Part shown: positions 1 through 8,091 of the stretch, piece after piece
How positions within the stretch are numbered: position 1 is the first letter of the stretch
Layout of the letters: each line of letters starts with the position of its first letter
Notes under the pieces: generated by a model
Told to the model about the DNA's origin: nothing
Seen by the model: the letters and a program-made list of their open reading frames with translations, nothing else
Database searches by the model: none
Origin: an uncultured Candidatus Poseidoniales archaeon
Lineage (GTDB): Archaea > Thermoplasmatota > Poseidoniia > Poseidoniales > Thalassarchaeaceae
DNA length: 64,000 nt
NCBI GenBank assembly: GCA_963968165.1
Contig: CAXAFE010000002.1
Location: 72,244 to 136,243 of the forward strand
Direction: 5' to 3'
Position numbers and translations under genes: made by a program

Positions 1-111
1 AATAAGTATGAATACAATAGCAATACTTACTCGGTAGACACTACCCATCTCTACCCGCGAGAAGGGTTAGCGAGATAACTTATTGTGATACGTGATTGTT
101 TATCCGTTGAA

Positions 112-121
112 TATATGGGCA
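112..121 (+). promoter_or_regulatory. Putative TATA-like box (gaatatatgg) about 20-29 nt upstream of the ATG at 141; possible leaderless transcript
   Basis: AT-rich hexamer at archaeal promoter distance from the first ORF; nothing else supports it. Confidence 0.2.
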
Positions 122-140
122 AGAATGGTTTCGAAGTGGT

Positions 141-2216
141 ATGCGTTCAATAGAAACTGTCGCCATCATTGGATCCGGGAATATGGGTTCAGGCATTGCC
201 CAAAAATCTGCACAGGAAAATTTTTCAGTACAAATGGCAGATAGAGAAGAAAAATGGGTTAAAAATGGTCAAGAAACAATATCAAATTTATTGAATCAGG
301 CTGTTGAACGTAGAATATTTAAAATTGAACAAGTGAATTCTATAAAAAATAGAATTACGGGAGTTATTGGAACAGAAAATATAGATCCAACAACTGATTT
401 AGTAATCGAAGCTGTTTTTGAAGATTTTAAAGTAAAAAAAGATGTTTTTAACACTCTGAATAAAATATGCAATCATAATACTATACTGGCAAGTAATACT
501 TCATCACTTTCGGTAAATGATTTGGCAGAGGCAAGTGGCAGAGCTGATCGATTTATTGGCCTACATTTCTTTTATCATCCTGCTAAAAATAGATTAATAG
601 AAATTATTCCCGCGAAAAAGACATCTGAGAATACGATTAAAGCAGTTGAAACATATTGTAAGACAATGGGTAAAGTAGTCATAATTTGCAAAGATAGACC
701 TGGATTCGTCGTAAATAGATTCTTTGTTCCTTGGTTGAATGAAGCATGTATTTTACTCCAAGAAGGAATAGCAACTGCTGCTCAAATAGATGCAATAGCA
801 TGTCGTGCATTCAAAATAGGAATGGGCCCGTTTGCTTTGATGAATCTGACCGGCCCGACGATTGCACTTCATGCCACAGATTATTTATCTGAACAGTTGA
901 ATACACCAAGATATTTGGGTGCAGATAACTTAAGAGAAATAGTTACTAAAGGAAATTTATGGAATATTGAAGAAGACGCTGAGTATGAAGACAAAATAGC
1001 CTCATTAGTAAAAGAAAGATTGATGGGGCAAGTATTTGCAGTTGCAGCACAGATAGTTGATGAGGGGATTTGCTCCAAAGAAGATGTAGATAGAGGAGCA
1101 AAGGTTGGCCTTAGATGGAATGAAGGACCTTTTGAATTAGCAAATAGAATTGGAATAAGGGAGGCCTACCAAATGGCAACCAAATACTGTGATTTGGCCA
1201 ATTTCAATATTCCAAAAATTCTAGATAGTCAGAATAGTATTTCCAAAAATTTTGAATTTTCATACATTGATGTAGATATCAAAAAAAATATTGCAACGAT
1301 CAAATTGAATCGGCCTGAAGCAATGAATGCTCTAAATGTGAATTTAGTAAACGAATTAGGAGAAGTAATCGATGAAATAAATGGAATTGAGCATATTGAT
1401 GCAATTGTACTTGAAGGAGCTGGTAAAGCATTCGTTGCAGGAGCAGATGTAAAATTCTTTGTTGATAAGATAAAAGGTGACGCAGTCAAGGAAATATATG
1501 ATTTTACTGCATTTGGCCATGAAGTATTGAATAAACTGGAAAATAGTTCCAAAGTAACAATTGCACTAACAACTGGATTGGCACTGGGGGGAGGATTGGA
1601 ATTAGCTCTTTCCTGTGATTATAGAATAGGAACAAACAGAACTCAATTCAGATTTCCAGAAACTAATATTGGAATTTATCCAGGTCTTGGTGGAACTCAG
1701 AGAACAACTAAAATTTGTGGCATAGAAGCCGCTCGATATGCAGTATTAGCGGGAAATTTGCTAAATTCTGAAAATGCTAAGGCCTTCGGTCTACTAACTC
1801 ACTTGGTTAATGACAAAGAAATAGAAGAAACTATTCATAAGGTTATTAATTTGGGTAAAAATAGGAATAAATACACAAAAACTCCCTTTGACGAAGATAA
1901 TGTTGTAGTTAAATTTGCAAAATCATTTTACAATGATGAAAATACATACAAATTGATTAATGGATTAAATTTAGAAAATCTAGATACTGAGAACTCAAAC
2001 GTCATAAAACAAATAAAAAAGTTATCTTATACTGCTCCAATTGCATTAAAGATCGCATCAAAACTACTGGATATTGCTAATCATGAAAGTACTAAATTGA
2101 GTGAAGGTTTGGAAGAAGAATTAAACAATTTAAATTTTATATTTAATACATCTGATTCTCTAGAAGGGTTATCCGCTCTAATCGAAGGAAGAAGACCGCA
2201 ATATAATAATAAGTAA
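141..2216 (+). CDS. Bifunctional 3-hydroxyacyl-CoA (3-hydroxybutyryl-CoA) dehydrogenase / enoyl-CoA (crotonyl-CoA) hydratase fusion
   Basis: N-terminus has an NAD Rossmann motif IIGSGNMGSGIAQ typical of 3-hydroxyacyl-CoA dehydrogenase. C-terminal half has the crotonase signature ALGGGLELALSCDYRIG. 691 aa. Confidence 0.85.
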   Translation: MRSIETVAIIGSGNMGSGIAQKSAQENFSVQMADREEKWVKNGQETISNLLNQAVERRIFKIEQVNSIKNRITGVIGTENIDPTTDLVIEAVFEDFKVKKDVFNTLNKICNHNTILASNTSSLSVNDLAEASGRADRFIGLHFFYHPAKNRLIEIIPAKKTSENTIKAVETYCKTMGKVVIICKDRPGFVVNRFFVPWLNEACILLQEGIATAAQIDAIACRAFKIGMGPFALMNLTGPTIALHATDYLSEQLNTPRYLGADNLREIVTKGNLWNIEEDAEYEDKIASLVKERLMGQVFAVAAQIVDEGICSKEDVDRGAKVGLRWNEGPFELANRIGIREAYQMATKYCDLANFNIPKILDSQNSISKNFEFSYIDVDIKKNIATIKLNRPEAMNALNVNLVNELGEVIDEINGIEHIDAIVLEGAGKAFVAGADVKFFVDKIKGDAVKEIYDFTAFGHEVLNKLENSSKVTIALTTGLALGGGLELALSCDYRIGTNRTQFRFPETNIGIYPGLGGTQRTTKICGIEAARYAVLAGNLLNSENAKAFGLLTHLVNDKEIEETIHKVINLGKNRNKYTKTPFDEDNVVVKFAKSFYNDENTYKLINGLNLENLDTENSNVIKQIKKLSYTAPIALKIASKLLDIANHESTKLSEGLEEELNNLNFIFNTSDSLEGLSALIEGRRPQYNNK

Positions 2217-2506
2217 TTTAATCACTTGTTAGGAGATTGAATCCACGCAGGGGCCCTGTAATTAGCTATACATTTGAATATTGATAGTTTAATATTATCA
2301 AGAGTCATTTAATTTTACTCCTAAATCTTTTTTTTCAAATACTTCATCTACCCAATTTTCTAAAAATTTATCCATTTTTTATTCCTCTCTAACTCGGTGT
2401 TATTTCTACACCGAACGCATGAATATACCTATATTAAGCAGGTAGTATTTACGAGCACATCGAGGTGTATTTTATACACTAGATAGTTTACGGGTTACTA
2501 GATAAC

Positions 2507-2965
2507 ATGGTAAGAGAGCCGATGATAATTACAGATAGTGACTATAAGGTAATAGATTCAGCAATTGAGGATGTTAAAAAAAGTGGTACAGAAATAAGAA
2601 AAACACTAGCAAGTTACAATGAGAATGATGGTTATAATATAGAATGGGAGGTAGGGGCTGCTGTTGAAGCATTTTCTAGTTTCAGCTCTAGATGGAGTAT
2701 AGAAATATTGGCTGCATTATATATCGCTGGAGATAGAAGATTCAACGAAATGAGAAAATTATTGAAGGGAATTAGTAGCAGAACACTTTCTGATAAATTA
2801 ACACATTGTTCCGAATTAGGATTAGTAAATAGGATAGTAGATGAAGGGCCTCCAATCAGAGTTAGATATCAATTAACAGAACATGGAAGGAATGCTGGTA
2901 GACTCTTGAGTCCTTTAGTTGCATATATGAAGATTCAAAAAGGTAGAGTAGTTATTGAAAAATAA
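2507..2965 (+). CDS. HxlR-type winged-helix transcriptional regulator (N-terminal ~60 aa extension)
   Basis: RWSIEILAALYIAGDRRFNEMRKLLKGISSRTLSDKLTHCSELGLVNRIVDEGPPIRVRYQLTEHGRNAG matches the HxlR/MarR-like wHTH pattern (PPRVEYSLTEKG). Confidence 0.7.
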   Translation: MVREPMIITDSDYKVIDSAIEDVKKSGTEIRKTLASYNENDGYNIEWEVGAAVEAFSSFSSRWSIEILAALYIAGDRRFNEMRKLLKGISSRTLSDKLTHCSELGLVNRIVDEGPPIRVRYQLTEHGRNAGRLLSPLVAYMKIQKGRVVIEK

Positions 2966-2969
2966 ATAA

Positions 2970-3689
2970 TTGGGGAGCAATAGTGAAACACAGAGCCATG
3001 TATACTTAAAGGCTAGAAAGATGGCATCTCGTAATATGGCCTTGATAGAACAGTTACGATGCGCCTATCCGATAACATCGGATATTCTAACAGCAATGTT
3101 AGGAGGAGTTGTGGGAATTAGTACTATTATTCCATTTATTGCTCCAGCCGTACAGGGATCAATATCGGCACCACATCATGAAGAGCATGTCCATCCACTA
3201 AGAACAAAAATTTTATCCACCCTTGTCAAATCTCCTGGTATTCATTTTAGAGAATTACAACGACAATTAAATGCTGCTAATGGGACATTGAGGCATCATT
3301 TAAGAGTACTAATGAATGAAAAAACAGTCACAGTCATTTCAGTAAACGGTAGGACTTGTTACTACGCAGGTGCTCCTGCTCAAGTAGAAATTTTAGAAGG
3401 AACAGGAGTTACCGATCAATACAAGGCTGCATCGATGCTTCCAGTAGGATTATCTGTTGTTCAGAAAAGTATTGTTACAAGATTATCAAGATCTCCTAAT
3501 CCGATATCTCAAGCACAACTAGCCCGGGACTTAGGAAGATCACGGGCGTCGGTTCATTCTGCAGTTTCTGTTTTAAGGGGAAGAGGAATATTGAGTGAAT
3601 CAAAGATTTGCTTAGCCCCGCACCTTGAATGCTTGAGTAGTTCTAAAGTAGATTATCCGTGGTTGGATATACGTAAAGAATTAGCATGA
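2970..3689 (+). CDS. Winged-helix DNA-binding protein with two wHTH-like segments and one hydrophobic (TM-like) segment
   Basis: The ORF begins at TTG; a more likely ATG start (MASRNMAL) lies at 3021. Hydrophobic stretch LTAMLGGVVGISTIIPFIAPAV. Two wHTH-like blocks: LRTKILSTLVKSPGIHFRELQRQLNAANGTLRHHLRVL and IVTRLSRSPNPISQAQLARDLGRSRASVHSAVSVL. Confidence 0.5.
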   Translation: MGSNSETQSHVYLKARKMASRNMALIEQLRCAYPITSDILTAMLGGVVGISTIIPFIAPAVQGSISAPHHEEHVHPLRTKILSTLVKSPGIHFRELQRQLNAANGTLRHHLRVLMNEKTVTVISVNGRTCYYAGAPAQVEILEGTGVTDQYKAASMLPVGLSVVQKSIVTRLSRSPNPISQAQLARDLGRSRASVHSAVSVLRGRGILSESKICLAPHLECLSSSKVDYPWLDIRKELA

Positions 3690-3744
3690 AAATGCCGTCT
3701 GGCATAGCCAATGCTCTTGAGCCTTGTAATACTCGACGTAGATT

Positions 3745-4833
3745 GTGATAAGGCTAAAACTTATTGAAAAGCCTATGCCCACTGGGAGTAAAAATCCAGA
3801 TATCCTGCTCTCTTGGATACTAGATTCTATTGGATTAGTTCGGCGTAAAGCAGAAATATGGGAAGATGGAGAGCAAGGAGCTTTGCACCGTATAATGAAA
3901 GATGCTTTGTTAATAGAGCCATTGAAAGGTTGGGATACTAAAACTCTTGGAGATGTATGTGGGCTATCTCAAACTGGCATGCAGCATCAAATGGTGAAGT
4001 TGAGAGATTCGGGTTTGATTGCTTCAGAAAATCATGGTAGATGGCATATTTATGTACTTAGAGGCGGGTCAATTACATCTGCAATTAGGCTATTATCAAT
4101 TCAAGTAAAAGGGATTATGGAATTAAGAATAAGTGAGCTAACAAAATATATCCAACCGTCAAAAGAAAGAATGCAAATTCCAAAAGATAAGGTAGAAATA
4201 AATTTTAAAATTAGTGTTTGTGAACATTCCGCTACTAAAGAAGATAATGATAGGTTGGATGCATTGATTGCGGATTTAGGCATAAATGGGGAACGGGCTA
4301 AAAAAAATGATGATTTGGCAAAAAAAATATTTATTGAATTATCCACAAATACAAATCCAATAACAATATTATCTACCGCAGATAAGTTTTCTGAATCAAG
4401 ATCACGGGTTAAGAGAACTATGAATAGATTCAGAAATGCAGGTATCGTTGAAAGGGTCCCAATGTTAAATAGAATTGCGCAGGATATATTCTCAGGAGTA
4501 ATGCGACAGTTAGATGCAAGGGGAGAAGAATGGCTCTTGACAAGAGGTGGGCTTGGAAGGATACCACCGGAAATTGCTGAAAATATAATTAATAGTGCAA
4601 AAAAAAGGAGTTTGACTATTAATAAAATAGAAAAGATGTTGGAAGAAGTTTCAATTGACTCACAAAAAATATTATTGAATACACTGGGCGGAAGATTACC
4701 ATATGGATTCAGAATCGCAGGTAAAGATGGTGAGGATTTGGAAATGCTAATTATGACAAAAGTAGAAAGGGTTCTAAGAAGATTAAATACTGTCGCAGAG
4801 AGGTTAGAAAAATCGTTATTAAATAATCTTTAA
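3745..4833 (+). CDS. Winged-helix domain protein (putative transcriptional regulator), third of a tandem cluster
   Basis: The ORF begins at GTG; an alternative ATG lies at 3775. wHTH-like block TLGDVCGLSQTGMQHQMVKLRDSGLIASENHGRWHIYVL and a second HTH-like block RSRVKRTMNRFRNAGIVERV. Confidence 0.45.
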   Translation: MIRLKLIEKPMPTGSKNPDILLSWILDSIGLVRRKAEIWEDGEQGALHRIMKDALLIEPLKGWDTKTLGDVCGLSQTGMQHQMVKLRDSGLIASENHGRWHIYVLRGGSITSAIRLLSIQVKGIMELRISELTKYIQPSKERMQIPKDKVEINFKISVCEHSATKEDNDRLDALIADLGINGERAKKNDDLAKKIFIELSTNTNPITILSTADKFSESRSRVKRTMNRFRNAGIVERVPMLNRIAQDIFSGVMRQLDARGEEWLLTRGGLGRIPPEIAENIINSAKKRSLTINKIEKMLEEVSIDSQKILLNTLGGRLPYGFRIAGKDGEDLEMLIMTKVERVLRRLNTVAERLEKSLLNNL

Positions 4834-5804
4834 ATTAATATTTCATCATGATTTAAATTTTCAAGATACCTAGTTACTCTATCTCCAAGTTCTTCTTGAG
4901 TTCTGACGGAATGTAGTTCGACTCTCATGGCTGAAGCTCCTGATAATCCTTTTGTAAATGATATCGCATGCCTTTTTAGATTTTTATTAATTTGATTAGG
5001 ATATACATCTTTACTAATTTCTAGATATCTGTTCCAACACCAAAGTCTAGCAGCGGCATCAGTATCATTACTCCATGGTGGAGATGATGTATCCCATTCC
5101 AAATCTCGCTTAATATCATGGAATATATTGGGCATACCTATCGCCCCTCTACCAATCATTAATCCCGCCGCACCAGTGACTTTCATGCACATTTTTGCCG
5201 TAGTAGAATCTATAATGTCTCCATTCGCTATTACAGGAATATTTACGGCATCAACAATTTCTCTTATTTGTTCCCAATCTGCAACTCCCGAATATCTTTG
5301 TCTAAGAGTACGCCCATGGACACAAATTCTTTCAATTCCTTCTTTTTCAAGTCTCTGTGCAACTTCTAGAGCCGTGTTAGGCCCTGAGCCAGTTCCTAAT
5401 CTTACTTTAACTGAAATTGGGACCTCAGCAACTTCTAAACAAGATCTAACCATTTTTACTATTCGATCAGGATCTTTTAACAGAGCTGCTCCTGCTTCAT
5501 TCCTACATACTTTTGGTGCTGGGCAGCCAAAATTAATATCAATTATATCTGCACGACTTTGGAGGAGTTTGACTGTTTGAACCATTTCTTCAGTTATGCC
5601 CCCAAATATCTGTGGAATAAATGGAGATTCGCTTGGATGACTTTCAACTTTAAGCCACGAATGCGATGCATGCCTAGATAGACCGGCAGCCGCAGTAAAT
5701 TCGGTCACAGTAAGGTCTGCTCCGCATTCTCTTGCAAGTATCCGATACGCAAGATCCGATACGCCAGCCATTGGGGCTAAAAATAGCGGTACGGCAGAAA
5801 CCAT
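4830..5804 (-). CDS. tRNA-dihydrouridine synthase (Dus family flavin TIM barrel)
   Basis: Dus signature DINFGCPAPKV, with the active-site Cys in an NxGCP context. Length 324 aa. Confidence 0.8.
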   Translation of the reverse strand: MVSAVPLFLAPMAGVSDLAYRILARECGADLTVTEFTAAAGLSRHASHSWLKVESHPSESPFIPQIFGGITEEMVQTVKLLQSRADIIDINFGCPAPKVCRNEAGAALLKDPDRIVKMVRSCLEVAEVPISVKVRLGTGSGPNTALEVAQRLEKEGIERICVHGRTLRQRYSGVADWEQIREIVDAVNIPVIANGDIIDSTTAKMCMKVTGAAGLMIGRGAIGMPNIFHDIKRDLEWDTSSPPWSNDTDAAARLWCWNRYLEISKDVYPNQINKNLKRHAISFTKGLSGASAMRVELHSVRTQEELGDRVTRYLENLNHDEILI

Positions 5805-5849
5805 AATAATTCTGCGGACAAATGACTTTCCTATGAGAGCGTCGGTAAA

Positions 5850-6464
5850 TCAGAATGTTGATTCCCAGTCTGCAACATCTTGGGAGCGTTCCCAATCTGC
5901 ATCTGTTATGGTACCACGTAGTTTCAGTACTTCACGAGAAAGGAGCCAAAATATCAATGCGAGAGATCGGCGGCCTTTGTTGTTGGCTGGAAGTGCAATA
6001 TCTACATTTCTAAGTTTATTATTTGCATCACAGATTGCAACCACTGGAAGACCTGAATTTACAGCTTCATTCAGAGCCTGAGAATCTGCAGCTGGGTCGG
6101 TTACTATAATTAATTCTGGTTCCATGTATGTGCGCAGTCTAGAATTGGTTAGAGTTCCGGGTATAAATCTTCCAACTATATGTTTTGATCCTATTGATTG
6201 AGCAAACATTCTGGCTGGCCTCTGTCCATATTGACGGGCACTCACGACTAGAATCCTATCAGCGTCATAATTTGAAAGGAATTTTGCTACTGTTCTTATT
6301 CTTGAATCGGTTTGATTTATGTCGATTAGATGTAAACCTGCAGCATCTTGTCGCTCTGTATCAAGAAATCTCTTCATATCTGCTGATTTTTGATTTGTAC
6401 CTATATGTACAGCATGTTGTTCATATGTTTCAAATGGTACCAAAGGGGCCATACTTTCATCCAT
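5850..6464 (-). CDS. rps2: 30S ribosomal protein S2 (uS2)
   Basis: Archaeal uS2 length (204 aa) and conserved blocks LVVSARQYGQRPARMFAQ and LIIVTDPAADSQALNEAVNSGLPVVAICD. Confidence 0.85.
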   Translation of the reverse strand: MDESMAPLVPFETYEQHAVHIGTNQKSADMKRFLDTERQDAAGLHLIDINQTDSRIRTVAKFLSNYDADRILVVSARQYGQRPARMFAQSIGSKHIVGRFIPGTLTNSRLRTYMEPELIIVTDPAADSQALNEAVNSGLPVVAICDANNKLRNVDIALPANNKGRRSLALIFWLLSREVLKLRGTITDADWERSQDVADWESTF

Positions 6465-6531
6465 AATTATACCTCAGTAGCGCGGCCACCTGCCATCTAT
6501 TCATAAGCGCTACGCATGAGTAAAAAATATT

Positions 6532-7293
6532 TCATGTCTCTAATTCAGAAATAAAAGTACACTCTAGCCCCACTTGAATTTCAGGAAATTGTGCACATGG
6601 CTTAGTAATTGTTGCATATACTTCGAAATGATCGTGGAAAGATAGCTGATCAATTGGAGCGGTAACGCCATACCCTCGTGCTTCCACTTCGAAACTCCAT
6701 TCTCCAGATATTAAATCACTTTTACCGAATGTAAATCTTTCCAAGGAATAATCTTGAGTGGCTCTTACTTCCCAAAATGGATTTCCTCCAGCTAATTTTT
6801 GGCCAGGTTGCCACAACTTAACTTCGACATATCTATACTCATTAGTTTCATTGCCGACGGCATCTTCAATTGTTGAGGAATAAGGAAATTGAGCCCGAAA
6901 TTCGATAACTAGTTTTGAAACAGTTTCATCAAAAATTATTGCAGTTTCATTAGAATAAAGTATTGCATTTAAATCAGATGATGAATCAAATGTATAATCC
7001 CAACCATATCTGTCTGATTTTTCAATAGTTAACACAGGATCTCGCATATCTTCCATTATTTCTCGTTGCATTGCCAAGCCTAGGCAACCACTTGTTAGCA
7101 GGCAGACGCACATTATTGTAAATATGGGACTCAATGAAATTGTACCACTCACAAAGTCTCGGAGATAGTGATATGACTTCAATCCATTTATTGTTGGTGC
7201 CTCTCGGTACTCATAGGGAACGTCAATGCCATTCGGCTCAGTAAACCCTTTTGTCGTCATTGAGGCGTATAATGCTGTGAGGACATGCGTCAT
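6532..7293 (-). CDS. Hypothetical membrane-anchored/secreted protein, possible archaeal lipoprotein
   Basis: TM/signal-like segment ending in LLTSGCLG (lipobox-like). No recognisable catalytic motif. Confidence 0.4.
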   Translation of the reverse strand: MTHVLTALYASMTTKGFTEPNGIDVPYEYREAPTINGLKSYHYLRDFVSGTISLSPIFTIMCVCLLTSGCLGLAMQREIMEDMRDPVLTIEKSDRYGWDYTFDSSSDLNAILYSNETAIIFDETVSKLVIEFRAQFPYSSTIEDAVGNETNEYRYVEVKLWQPGQKLAGGNPFWEVRATQDYSLERFTFGKSDLISGEWSFEVEARGYGVTAPIDQLSFHDHFEVYATITKPCAQFPEIQVGLECTFISELET

Positions 7294-7318
7294 TAAACCT
7301 GCTACTCTAGAGGGAGAA

Positions 7319-8059
7319 TTATTCTTCCTCTAATACTCTTGGTTTGTGTACTTCTCGGAAAACTACGACCCCTACGCCGAGATTTTCCCTTATGGTTTGA
7401 ACCAAAGAAAATTTTGCATATGGCCAGTTTTGATCATATGATATTTCCTCGGGGAGTGTTACCGTCATGTCATCACCTTCGAATTCTACCTCGAAGTCTT
7501 CTCTTCCTGTGTTCATCTTTAGTAATGTTTCAACACGTTCTTTTCGATCTTCAACGACCTTTACAATTTTATAATTATATCTTAATGTAACACCGGCTAG
7601 TGGGTGATTATAATCTATTCTGGCCCTACCTGCGCTAAGAAATTGTAACATACCAGTACGTCCGCCAATTTCTACAGGTCCCCCTATGTGAAGAGTATTA
7701 GGATCTTTGACACTTTTCAGTAGTACATTTTGAGATATAGTTTCAATTAAACTTTGATCTCTTTCCCCATAGGCATCTGCAGCATCGATATCAAAATTAT
7801 AATCCGAATCAGGCGCTGCATCTGCAAGATGCAATTCAAACCCCTTAATGAGACGACCGGAACCAACTATTGATATCATAGGAGCATATGTACGATTTTC
7901 ATCAAAAACATCATGCTCTTTTGCTATTTCTTCTCGAGTAGTCTCAATGAGCTTCTCAGTATTTGCGTTAAATAGGTCGTAATCAATATGAATAATTGAG
8001 CCATCTTCCATTCTATTAGCCTCCGCGGACGTCCCGGCGACTTGCTCACCCTTTTTCAT
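7319..8059 (-). CDS. FKBP-type peptidyl-prolyl cis-trans isomerase (long-type archaeal FKBP / SlyD-like)
   Basis: FKBP fold motifs incl. NHPLAGVTLRYNYKIVKV, and an insert-in-flap architecture typical of archaeal long FKBPs. Confidence 0.7.
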   Translation of the reverse strand: MKKGEQVAGTSAEANRMEDGSIIHIDYDLFNANTEKLIETTREEIAKEHDVFDENRTYAPMISIVGSGRLIKGFELHLADAAPDSDYNFDIDAADAYGERDQSLIETISQNVLLKSVKDPNTLHIGGPVEIGGRTGMLQFLSAGRARIDYNHPLAGVTLRYNYKIVKVVEDRKERVETLLKMNTGREDFEVEFEGDDMTVTLPEEISYDQNWPYAKFSLVQTIRENLGVGVVVFREVHKPRVLEEE

Positions 8060-8091
8060 TCAAACGGTTTGATTTGAAAAAATAATTAGCA

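Noticed and set aside
2296-2376. 26-codon minus-strand ORF (MDKFLENWVDEVFEKKDLGVKLNDS) and a nearby 7-bp hairpin (tcggtgt...acaccga at about 2393-2420)
   Set aside because: Too short, with no supporting signal. The hairpin is too far (about 180 nt) from the upstream stop to be an obvious terminator.
5128-5580. 150-aa plus-strand ORF and several other 60-200 aa ORFs in the track (e.g. 881..1078, 1229..1552, 4101..4346, 24867..25484, 30660..31322, 39049..39624, 53373..53879)
   Set aside because: They lie entirely antisense within well-supported genes (Dus, hbd/crt, aIF5B, P-type ATPase, PolB, NSUN). They have low-complexity, Ser/Pro/Ile-rich translations typical of antisense frames in AT-rich DNA.
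6484-6520. Inverted repeat gtagcgc...gcgctac between the S2 gene start and the upstream ORF
   Set aside because: A single 7-bp stem with a 23-nt loop, which could be a chance palindrome. No T-tract or other feature supports a defined element.
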